Assembly (NCBI GenBank): GCA_036172245.1
Contig: JAYWIR010000015.1
Location: forward strand, 1 to 64,000
Reading direction: 5' to 3'
DNA from: Raillietiella orientalis
Lineage: Eukaryota
Length of the DNA stretch: 64,000 nucleotides
The notes under the pieces are model-generated. The model saw only the letters and a program-made list of their open reading frames with translations, did no database searches and had not been told where the DNA came from. A program made the position numbers and the translations under genes. Of this stretch, positions 11,594-23,699 are shown piece after piece. Each line of letters starts with the position of its first letter. Position 1 is the stretch's first letter.

Positions 11594-12545
11594 CTACGTA
11601 TTAATGCTGATCCTCTTACCGATTTTGATCTTATTTGTTCTGTAATCGAGGACTGTGCAATAATATTTGGTAAAAAGGTATCCTAGGATGATTGTCGATT
11701 CGTCTGTCCCGGTAGACGTTATCAGGGATTCACAAGTGGGCTCCGTTGCACTGTAATCAGCACACTGAAAATGCCTTTCATGGTGTGAGAGGCAAGAGTT
11801 GTGTACTACCTCTATTGGGAAGTCGTTGGGAAAGAACAAAAAGACTTTGCTGCTGATGGTCAATGCAATATTCTCATTTTTACAGGAACAAGGAACCTAA
11901 GCGTGCAACAAGTTTTAAAAAATCAGAACTCACTTACTAGAAAAGGACCAGTTGCTTTGCATGTTTTATTCAGAGCGGTGATGTATTCTTTGAATTCCGT
12001 TTTGGAGAGGCCAATACCTTGAAAGCCAAAATCGAAAAAAGCCATGCATCCACGACAAATATAATGTTTGCCCAACTTCAAACTGGAAAACGAAATTGCC
12101 AGCTGATATGAAGTACGCATGAGCCTTAACGCACCTCTCCACTGGCAGTGACCATAGGAGGCTTTCGGCAGTCTTTTGATGTACCAAAGGTCTCGATGCA
12201 GGGAGACGTCCGAAAATTAGCACTGCATCATTACTTTCCCAGGGATTCCTGAAAATTTTGTTGGGTACGCATTAATTACATGGATGAAAACCAAAGTGTA
12301 AAGTGGTAATATCCCATTTTGTAGCCTTTCCTTTTTAAAGAAGTAGAACGATTTCTCTCACAGTGGGCAACGATGAAGTCAGTCTACCTGTGGTCAGCGT
12401 GATGGGTTAGTTGTATTTCCAGCACACATGTCCGCAGTGCCTGAACTAAGGCATCCAACCGATGAAGCAATGGGCAACGCAAGCAATCTTTCCTCATACG
12501 GTAGAAACATCGTTTGATTCGCAGTACGATGCACGTTTATCCTAA
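11594..12545 (-). pseudogene. Pepsin-family (A1) aspartic protease-like gene or pseudogene B, C-terminal half
   Basis: Spliced reading NPWESNDAVLIFG...ISFSSLKLGKHYICRGCMAFFDFGFQGI...FL|VPCSCKNENIALTISSKVFLFFPNDF...C...IILGYLFTKYYCTVLDYRTNKIKIG follows the pepsin C-lobe pattern. GT-AG introns at 11765-11809, 11897-11937, 12103-12134 (or to 12142) and 12249-12279. Upstream exons show frame problems. Confidence 0.7.
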
Positions 12546-13589
12546 GCAATTGGAAACCATGAGAAACACAAACAGTCCTCCATTTTTTATTGTTCAGAAA
12601 GTTGTGGCATCAGCCACAAGGTTGGAAAAGCCCTTGTCTTTTGTTCAATACTGATACTTTCTTTGGATCTTTGATGAGCCTGCATTTGTTTGCCCTGCAG
12701 CATGCGGAAGTTTCCGTTCTGCACTCTTCTACGTTACACGCATGCTATAACCTCCAATCATTTTCTTCTTAGCTGTCTTCTTACCATCCAAAGCTGTTCA
12801 ACCGCTTATAGCAACGATTTTCCTCTGATAAGATGTCTTCTTTCCTTTTATTCCTAACGGACCGTGAAACTGCAATACGAATTGCCAGCGAATCCGACCC
12901 TGATCAAATCAAACTCTGCCGTCTCGTGCAAGACAGGGTACCTGGAAAGGTGTCCAATCCGAAGGCACAATTGAATTCAGGCAAAGGATAAGAAATGCTA
13001 ATTTCCCTTTACGTAGGTGTTTGAGAATATCATCCGCTCCATTTTTCCGTTCAACGACGCTCCTCTTTTGGACTGAGCTGCGGAACGCAAATGGAAAGAT
13101 TTGCTTGGCAAATCACACTTCAGATCAGAAGACTACGCTCTCAACATGAGCTAATGAATCCCCCTCTCAAGAGATTTTTTATAGCAGTAGGGAGTAAACA
13201 CTGCTCACTGTTACAGAAAAAAAGGTCGAAAATTCGAGAACTTGCTGGTCTTTATTTCTAGATCAGGCGAAGAAGTATCAGTTTAGCTTCAACATTCTGG
13301 CGTTCTAAAAGAGGTTTAACACGAAACGATGCACAAGACTGGAAGTTCAACTTGTGTGCTATCATAGGAGCTGGTGACACGACTGAATCATCAAATTCAC
13401 ATGCGAAAGTGCTTTTAATGAGCACAGATTCATGACGCATGCGAGTTAAGTGTGGATTTCAGCAATTCCCTACTTTAGGGATTCTGACCCATTGAAGACC
13501 GTAAAACTATGATGACGTTTTCTCGATACGACACCCTGACTTCAGCATTATTTCCAAACTAGTTTCTGAAGACACATTTTGCGCACAAA

Positions 13590-14745
13590 CAGACCGGGTA
13601 GTATACATCATAGTTTTGAAGAAATCGACACAAAAAGACTTCGAGTCCAACATAAAAACGTTTCAGTTCTAAATAATAGCAGGTTCATCTGATCGTGCTA
13701 CATCGACTTTGTGGTCACGCGTTACCTGCGATGATCCATGGAAATCGTTGGAGGCATTTTTGGACTCATGGATTTCAACTTCGCAAACCAAGATATGTTT
13801 CTGTGAAGATTGTCTAACAGCCTCGGAAAGAGTCCCAAGAATCCTTGGTAAGGGAAGAAAAACATGTCCAGAAAACTCGAATCAGAAAGTTGCCAAAATT
13901 TCTGATTTATAAGAAGCTGATTCGCTATCTGGAAGTAAAGAACAAATGCTTTCATAAACTGACAATAGAAATCACTAGGTGTTCTGCATCGAGATGCCAC
14001 GAATAGAGAACCCGATGAGGTACACCAAAGATGTGCACAACTCTCACTGCCGTCATACACTTGACCATCAAGGCGATCGTCTCTTGCTGGTCAAGTGTTA
14101 CATGATGACATGATAAATTACTCTGATCCATCAATATTGCAAATCATTTGAGCCACTTTCTCATGAGGTCGTTCTCTGATGCAGGTCCATTCATAATCAA
14201 CGGATTCCAAATTCATTTGTTAACGGAAAAGAATGATGAAAGAGATAGTAGAGTTTCTTCTCCTGGCTTAGGCTTACAGTTATTTGTCAGAAGAATAGAC
14301 CATTCTGTAAGGCAATTCATATTTAGGAGCTCACCGTTATGTCATCTCCTCCTAAAGTGACATTGTAATTGTATAGCTGCCAAAGTTTATTTGAGATGAT
14401 CTTTTACTGAAGTTGAGGAAAGTGTAAGAGTCCGCTAGTGAATATCCTTGAAACCACAGAATGTAATGACACATAATCTAAGCCAGGATTTTTTCTTACC
14501 AGGAGTCCCTTTTGTGGTCAACACAACTATGGACTGGAAACTTCCGCGAGGAATGAGAGACATCTTTTCCTCTGGAATTCCCACCTTCATTTGAAAATGG
14601 AGGTTCTGAAACGAATGGAGAGTGTGAGCTTTCAGCTCAATACGTAAAACTGTACTTTGTGTGCAACTCATTTTCAGATTTCCGCTTCTCGAATCCGAAT
14701 GTTCTGCTATCGAGAGCAGTGGTCTCTCATCCAACTCAAACAGCT
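13590..14745 (-). pseudogene. Pepsin-family (A1) aspartic protease-like gene or pseudogene A, N-terminal two-thirds
   Basis: Exons 14605-14500, 14446-14335 and 13928-13726 splice in frame: HFQMKVGIPEEKMSLIPRGSFQSIVV...GYSLADSYTF...LGGDDIT|IANQLLINQKF...FPYQGFLGLFP. The next exon (YYLELKRFYVG) is preceded by an in-frame TGA. Confidence 0.6.
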
Positions 14746-17700
14746 GAATGTACCAGTTTCTCAGTCGGTCGGAGAGTTACTCGTGAACTACGTTAAAGCT
14801 GATGTGTTCAGAAAATTTAACATTTGAGTGAGGGAAAGAGGAAGAATGCTGTGGAACAGGGGTATTGGGTTATCTTTGAGAATATGGAAGTAAATAAACC
14901 AGAGAATTGGTCGTATCAATCACGCTCACAGTCGAGACTTTCGTGACGGACTGCTATGCAAAAACAAACTGCTGACTCTATGCCGACGTTAAGCGACAAG
15001 ACACTTTGCGTTATGTATGCCTAGGACATCCCAGACTGCAGGTGCGTTCTTCGCAGATTTGCTACCCTTCAGCTCCGATAGCTCCGCACACTACCTCTTT
15101 GGCAGTGGCGGCTGGTTGACCAGACTGTGAACACCAATCTCGATACATTCCACTTCGCCTTTCAGTGACAATACACACATGACCAAACACTTTCGTGAAC
15201 AGCTCCATGAAAGAGGAAGCAGAGTGGTTCGAAGTTTTTCTGTATTCACTTCGGATTTCTATACAGATGAAAACACTGCGGAGGTTAAAACAGGGACTTC
15301 AGCGAAAATTACTTGGGATATTACAAAGAAATGTTTGATTGTTAAGAAAGTCGTAGATCTGTGGCTGCGCATTGCGGGTGCTGGATGCTGGACTTTCTTT
15401 GTGTGGAGCTCACATGCAATCAATACACACAAGCAAAATAAGGAAGATGGCTGAATATCTTACGTTCCCATCTGTGAATAGCGGAACCTCAAACCATCCG
15501 TCCTTTTCCTCGGGTGATTTGGCTTGTGCGTTCCCATTCCCGAGTCGCTTTATGTGGGAAGACCCCGGCTGGATTGCGCCATCTCTGTTTTCCTGACTAT
15601 TTAGCACGACGTGTGCGGACACATGAAGTGTTCTGCGACGACAGACAATCGATGAGAGTTTCCAAAATTGAAATCAAGCAAAGGCGAAATCCGACAGAGC
15701 ATATTCCATTTCGCAATGACTCCCACTTCTATCAAATCCCATCGCAAATTTTAATCTGCACTCGCGCATGGCTATTTGTAAGTTGCGTGATCCCCTACTT
15801 CTTGCAACCTATTTTCAATTGCAATGTAGCCATTTAGTCAAGCAGTGCCAACCCATGGAGAGGAAAGTGTTCATCAAGCCAAAAGACACGCTAGAATTAA
15901 TTGAAAATCAACAGGAACTATGGCGGAAAGAAAAAGCGCATCAAATGAGGAAAAAACCCAGCTTCAGGATGTCGACATTGCTCCTACTGCTTTGATGCAA
16001 AGAGACACTGAAGGGAGAACAAGCGTCTTTTGACTGACCTTCAAAGTTAGACAGAGAAAGGGATTTTAAAATCGCAATTCAAAGCTGACTAATTCGAAAC
16101 GAGCCGTTTCCCATTTAATGTGTCCCCAAATTCAAATTTCAGGAGTGCAATGAAAAATGCGAAATGAAATGCAGCAAACGCTGTGGTAAGTCTAAGAGTT
16201 GGCAAGGAGTTGAGATGGAGCGGGAAGATTAGGATCGCGGATGTGCGGCATTGAAAAAGAGTTATGGAAATGTAGGCTTTGTCTTGGTGAGCTCAGTGAG
16301 CATCAGCATGGCGTCCACGAGAGAAATTGCGCGCCAGTCAGATGTGAGGCAAGGAAGCTTCTCGGTGAACGGAGTCTTTTAATGAATCCAAACCGTTCGT
16401 CTTGTATTCCCTCTATGCCATCTGTGGAATATGCTCCAAAACATGGTAGGAAAGTGTCTATTTTGATTGTGTGGGTTTTGAAGGAATAGAATTCCTGTTC
16501 TCTGCTTTGCAGAAAAGAAATTCGAGAGGCTTGTGCGAAACAGCAAATCCATTTTCTCAACTGAAAGTTCAAGAACTTGCCACATCATCTGTACGAGAAA
16601 GACCGGAAGGTCGAATGCGAAAAAATACCTTTTCGTTTCGCTCCAGCACTGGAGCACCGTGATTCCCAAGATCAGCAACCTCATTCTTGCCCAATCGCTG
16701 CAGTCTTTCCAAAATTTTGAAACCAGTGCCTTAAAAGAAGAAAAAATAATTCTTGGTGGTGGAAAGCAAATTTGGAATAGGCTGAACATAGCAAATGATT
16801 CAACGTTCAAATTTCATTGTTTTTTCTACTAGAATGTGCAATGCATGATTGCACTGATAACTGGGCGGCAATGTTAGACCAACCGCAAAGTCTCCTTGAT
16901 GGTTCGCAACATTCCCAATACAATAGCAACAGGGTCTTTTCTGTTGCTGATAAGTCGAAGCACCATGCCTTGGCTGCAATGAAAGCAACTGAAAGAGGCA
17001 ATGGCGGTTTCATTCCAACCGGAAATCTCACAAAGCGACCGAGATGTCGTTCGAAACATCGAGAAACAGGTACTGGCTTTTCCTCCGAAGTGCTCTTATC
17101 CATCTCTTCCGGAGCAACCACTCACAGAGCTTCAATACTCTCGTACCACAAAGATTGAGAGCAGCTTCCAAGCATCAGTACCAGGTTTCAAAGGATCAGC
17201 GCATCTCATTTGTTAAAAGAAGAAATCCATTTTGTTGCTTCTCATCTGTGGAGATGGGATCGGTATCTCAAACAGTTGCTTGCTTTTTTGTCATACGCTT
17301 TTATTTGCTTGTGTTGTAAGGCCACGAGGCCGCTATCTCTGTTTGCAGAAAGAAGCAGCCACTTGGGAATACTTCATCACGATATATGTGGAAACTGTTG
17401 CATTCAGGCATGTACCGGAATATTCACAACTTTACAATCCAAGAAAGAGAAATTGTCTTCATTGGCAAGAAAGTTCCTTCTGACGAGTTCGTGCAGAAGA
17501 AGAAATTAGCTTCTTCCGCAGTGCTCTCAACTGCCAATAATATACCTTCCCAACATAAGCTGTACAATTGGTGGTACACTTTTTATTGATGAAAATATTC
17601 AAAGAAGGCACACTGTTACGGGATTTCAATGCAACTTATGGTGGAGCTCTCTTAAACCATCAAGGAATATAGCGGCTATAGGACTTGACAACCCGGTTTT

Positions 17701-19859
17701 GCAGAGCACCCGCTCTCCGAATTGTAGTCATCAGACGAGGTCAAATTCAGTCGCCTGAGCCCACAAAGAACATTTTCCATAGCTTTCGTCATGGAAATTG
17801 CCGGGAGCACAGGTTCTTCGAAGCGCATTCGACGATTGGACTTTGGCACAGTTGTGTGTTTCCCACGAGTATAGCTTATCCTAAATTGTTTCTGCTTCCT
17901 GAGCAAGCGCAGGATTGAAGTGTTCTCAATAATCATTCGGAGGAAATTGGGATGGGCAAGGGGCTGCCATATGGCTCAATTTTAGGAAATTATTCTATCA
18001 AGTAATCAAATTTCAAGATCATACGCACCTGATGTTCACCCTACACCAATTGCTATGGTGTTGACAGTCAGAAGGAGGGTCAGAGCAGGGCAGGACGCTT
18101 TTTTTTGAAGCTGGATACACGGAGCCACACAGACCATGCGCAGACTATCGCGAGGATAGAGCCATCAGTAGGAAAACTGGATGTGAAGTGAAGTTTTTAT
18201 TAGAAACTTCAAACCGCTATTCGTCAAGTTTCCATGACAACAAAGAAGAAAATCACATGAACTTTGACAGCTGTGCGTAGCAAATATGGAACTTTCTTAG
18301 GTTGCCTTTACTAGCGTGTCTGTTTTCTATCCATATAAATCCAGCTTTGTTCCATAGAAAGAATCTTCTAAATGCAACCTCCATAGTTGTCGTTCTCTAA
18401 GCAACAAGTTTCCCATATGCAATTCCTCTAGTGTTTAGAAATCCGTTTGCCTGCAGGTACACTGGCATACTGGAAAGCGGGGAGAATTTTTTATGAAAAG
18501 TGATGTGAGTCAGCAAAAAGCTAGAAGACATTTGTAATCATCTTGAAATCTTTAGGTCCATTAGAGAACTCAGCAAGGTGTTTTATATTGTACGGACTTC
18601 TCAAGAAATATCAGATTCGAGTAACCGAATTGCTACGGGGAAAATAACTTCTTACAGGATTGTTGAGCAAAAATTTTTTTCTTCCATGTATAGCGAACGA
18701 TGAATATTAGAAACTATCGAGTGAGTTCCTTGCTTTGCGGAGCATATAAGATATAATTTGTTTGGCTTTTTGCAAACATCATTCCATGCTTCAAAATACG
18801 CGTTTGTGATCTATTTCGAGAATTTAGCTCTTAAAAAAGAGGCATCAGTTATCGATTTATTTTCAGACTAGTTGAACTGTGTAATCCAGAATAAACACAA
18901 ATCTAGTGATAAAAGATCATTCAGGCCACAGTATCAATGTTTATTGAAATCCGGTTGTCGTGATAAAGTGCCAACAAATACAGCAAATGTACTTTTCCCC
19001 TAGTCTGACTAAGGCTGAGGTGAATTCATTAAGCACTCTTAACGAATGAAATCAAACAAGCAAACACACTCACTTTGGCAACCGTTTTCCCACACGCATG
19101 AATGTAAGTTTGTTTTTTGAGGAGTGCTTGCAGGATGTTCTGTCGTTGCTCGGGTGGCCTCTCGTCAGCTTCTTCCTCTTAATGAGGATGTTCTTCAGGA
19201 AGGAGGAGACAATCACTTGCTACGTAGGCTTGTAGGTGGACACATCATTTTCACTTTCAAACAAGCCTTGCAGGATCTTCAGTTTTTGTTGTTTTCCCAC
19301 GGTATGCCGAAAGTGACAGTGTCAGTTTCCAGTCTTGTCTAAGGGCGCGGCAGATGTTGATGTGTAGTTCAAACTCTGCTAGTGTGCATCCCGGGCACTG
19401 GCCACCTTCGCATCTTCATCATCCCTCTCGCTGCAGTGACACCGTCTAGTATTTTCACGTTATCATCACGAGCAGTCTTCCTGGACCACTGTGTGCCACT
19501 GTTTGCCAGATCTTGCGGTGCCATTGAGTTACCATCACTGCCATGTACCTTACCTTTGAGGACGCTCACTGCATGCATAACTGCTCTGGTGGATTGCTGT
19601 TTACAGTTACCCATGGAAAGGTTGTTATATTTTTTTAGCCAAGTTTTCGTTTCCCAAGGGACACAGATAAACAACAGTCACCGTGGTGAGTTCCATATAT
19701 ACAAGATCTCGACTCCTAGGAACGTTCCTTAATTTCACGAGGGTCTGTATACTCTGTCAGGTAATGTGGGAAAATTTCATTTCCCCGATTGGAATGACAT
19801 AGCAGATATTAGCCCTTCGGCCCCATTCCCCAGCCTTTAGTAGATCCTTTGAAACACAA

Positions 19860-21100
19860 ACGGCATCCGTTTCGCCTGCTGATGTATTGGACCAGGTGTT
19901 TTAGGTCCTGATGCTTCCCTGCATGTCGGTATCTGCTTTCTCGATGCTATGGAGTCTGCAGGATCGGCAGACGTCATCGTCCTTCAATGTAACTTCCAGT
20001 AAGCAGGATTTGCTGAGATCCATTATCTGTCCACGCCCGCGTTTGCGCTCCATGACTTTTTGATCCTGTTCATCGGATATGACGAACAGTAGATCGTCGG
20101 CGTAGAAGAGACCACCACGCCCAGGTGCGTGGAGGTCTCTTCTTACAAGGTTGTATCTTTGAGCCGGCCTTCGTTGAAGACGAGGCTGCAAACGCTTTCA
20201 GGTGAATAACAGATTGTCGTGGTACAGGAGGTGTCACAGGCAAGCGGATTGCTGAAGGAGAGGTGGAACGAGTACTGTCTTCTGGCGGACGCCTATCAGG
20301 GATTCGGGAAAGAGATGAATCTTGCCCGACTCGTCGAGAGCAATAGCGGCTTTTGCCGGCTATTTTCAAGGCGGAGATGTCGGGAAGGGCCAGCAGCACC
20401 ACTTGTTACCCTTGGAGCCTTCTTTGCACAATGCGGCGGCGAAGAGTTGTCCTCAGAGACCATGATGAATGCTCCGAGAGACGTGCCGCTGCCAGGTGAT
20501 GATCGCTATGGAGAACGCAACTGAATGCAATCAGGAGATCAGAGTGGAGGTGGAAGAGAGTGGCGCAACTAAAGATGACGCAGTAGGATCACCGGTAAGA
20601 CCCACATGTTTCGCACACGTTGAGGAAGGACAGGTCGACCGTGTCGAAGACGGTGAGGTTCAATTTCTCTGAAGTGACGACTTCGTAATATCGGCGCTGA
20701 TAAACCGTATCAGGCTAGCGATTGGGTGTTACCTACGAATCCAGCGGAGCAGGCACTTCCACCTCGTGTCCAGGTAATTGGCGCAGAAAGTGGTCTTCCC
20801 AAGAGCCGCATATCCTCCCCTCTGTTGCGTTACTGGCGTCTTGGAGATGACTTCTTCCAGTTCGTTTTTCAAGAAGCGGTAGCCGGAACGGACTTTTATT
20901 GTAACGATCCTGGCCGCCACTGGCTGGTAATTCCCAGAAGTTCTCTCATCTCCAGCAGAACATGATGTCCATGATGGACCAGCTGCTGCCGCTAAATCGG
21001 ACGTTCACTTTCAGGTCAGAAAACGGCGCGAAGTGCTGTGAAACGCCTCAGTTTCCATCTCGTAGACAACGTCTTGGGGTTCAACCTTTGGTTCTACTCC
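19860..21100 (-). mobile_element. Heavily decayed LINE ORF2 (RT) relic
   Basis: LFYADDLLFV at about 20085-20110, with a weak upstream resemblance to the DxxKAFD region. Confidence 0.5.
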
Positions 21101-23699
21101 TTCAGCAATTGCGTACAGGTGCTTCCAGACATTTTTTATGTCGATAGACTGCAAGTTCGTTAGTTTGCTCGTTGGCAGCTGGACAATGCGTCATTCGTTG
21201 TTCCCGAATGAGATCTCAAAGATCACTTGCATGTTGGTGATCTCCCTTATTTGGTCCTGGAACAAATACTCTGTCAGAGTGCAAGCAAGGATTACGTCGT
21301 GGATGAAATCAAATCACCGATTCCTTTTCCTTATTGAGCACATGCAGTGCACGATGAGTTCCTTGGTCCCCGTCACTCCTCCCCATACGAGGTACGCCCA
21401 AAGAGGTGGCAGTGATTGCCTGGGCATCCTTCTTTTAGTCTTCCTTTAAGAGCAGAAAAGGGAGAAAGTGCGTCTCTTACTTGATGGAATTGACCATTAT
21501 GAGCTTCTTGGATCAGTACACCTTTCCATCTTGCTCCCCATTCATCCTGTCAAGCAGGTTGAACGCGAGGTTTTTCCCACGCCTTTTAATAGATTAAAGG
21601 CGTTGGTCACTACAGCCGCTTCCAGGAGCTCGACTAGGAAGTTAAGCTAGATTAGAGGATAAATAGTGACTGTTATGTTAGTCTTAGTAGCCTTGTACAA
21701 AAAGTCTTCTGCAAGCGAGTTCCCCAGGAGGTACCGTTTGACGACCACATGGGCGTGAACCTCAAGTTTCTCCGACAATCATGCATGTAAGTAGACTTCA
21801 TCTTGGAATCAGGACAGTACAGGTAGTGAGCGATCTCCTGGAACGGCCACAGGGGGTGCGGAACGGCAGAAATCATTCTGAGGCAAACATCATCATGGCA
21901 CCATCGATGAATAGTAGGTTCTCCTAGTCCTGGAATTTGAAGTCCTGTAGCATCTGCAGGGAGGAAGTGATCACACTCTGGATTCTTGCCCGATCCACAG
22001 TCTATGAGCCACCAACTTTCGCCGTTGGTTCATGATGGTGGCATACTGCTTGTCCAGAAACAAGAAGACTATCGAAAGCAGCCAATTTAGGATATCTTGT
22101 ATTCCTAGCGCAGCTTAATGTTCGAGACAAAGTCGAAGATAGCTACGCGAGCTGACGCTACTTTTTTGCTTAGTGGCGACTCCTAGGTAACAGAAACGAT
22201 AAGGAAGACAAGATCAGACGAGAAGACAATTCTCCGAACACGAGATGTACCACTGAGAATTCATGTAGATGTAGCGGTTCTATTTCTGATAAGGCACATT
22301 GAACATTACTTCACAGAGTTGCCCAGTTACTCTTAGGCCGTGACTTTGTTCTTCAGATCCAGGAGCACAAGGTTATGCCTCGGGAAAGAAGAGCTTTTCA
22401 TCTCGAACGTGGCGTCAAAGGACTTGTTGTTCCGCCCATTCTAAGTGAAGTATAGAGGCGTGCTGATCAAGATATCTCCCTTTCACGAGCACACAAAGGG
22501 GAAGTAAACCTACATGCTATTCTGAGGTTGTATCTAGACCAGGTGCTGAGGGTCTTCTCTCCACGTTCTGGGACGGAATGAGTTGATCTTCTTGAACTCT
22601 TTCACGTGGATGAAGCGGTAGTCTGGGGACCCGGGAAGCCCAACCATGGTTTCAACTTCCTGTAGCTGGTTGCTGAGCTCGCAGATGCAGATGGATAGCT
22701 GCTCTCACTGACTACACCTGGTCGTCACTTTCATGGTCATGAAGAACGGCCGGATGCTGTCGAACGGAATGGGAGGTATCCATCACCCCGAGGCCCGTCA
22801 CCTTCTTGATGGCTAAGACTTCAGCATGCAGAAAGTTTGCCACTTTGACAACTGACCCTCAGAATTCTCGTCTGCTTAGTGGGTCATTTCATGCTACATT
22901 CAGTTTTCTTCCAGCTCGTCGTAGATCCACTGCAGGCGGTTCTCCCAGTTGAGTCGAAAATCCACGTGGTCCCAGGGGCAAACATATTTTTATCCCAAGT
23001 GGCTTTTGCATTTTTGATTTTAAATAGTGAAGCAAACTTAGCAGCTCTTATTTCCTGGCCAGCGTCTTTCTAGTAGGCAGTTTTACAATTTTACTAGGAA
23101 TACTTGCGGCACTAGCTCTTTGCAGATTCGTGCTGCTTACATAAAGAGAGACACTTATCTATCTCCAGAGAAAAATTTCGCTTTTATACCTAGGACGTTT
23201 ACTCATATGGCGTTTGCTGCCACACTTTGTACAGGTAACGGCAAAACATGTGACTGATTAATTTCCCTCCAGAAAATTACGATTGTTTTTATTAGCAATC
23301 TCCGATCTCTTGATGAACTGACTCAACGATGTACTTCTCCATGTGATTTCTTTGCTCTGTTTAAACTTCGGGATTTTTCGATCTTGATTAAACATATGCG
23401 CAGCCTTTATCCTGCTTTTTGCTTCTCAAGACGGACAGGAACAATTAAAAGTGCTGAAGCATAGTTGGGATATTTTTGAGACCACGAGTGCATTCGTGGT
23501 CTCAGAAACTCGTGGTCTTAGTTACATGCTTGCCCTTAAGTGCCAAGATGTTTTTCCCCGAATTGCAAATAATTATCCTTCTCGCCATTTCGGCACCCAA
23601 GAGCGTAGCGCTGCCTGGCCTCACGTGCTTTTCTTCCCCCTGTTGCCCTCTCCACCACCTTTGAGAGAAAACTCCCTTTGCGTGCCAGGGTGAAACGCA

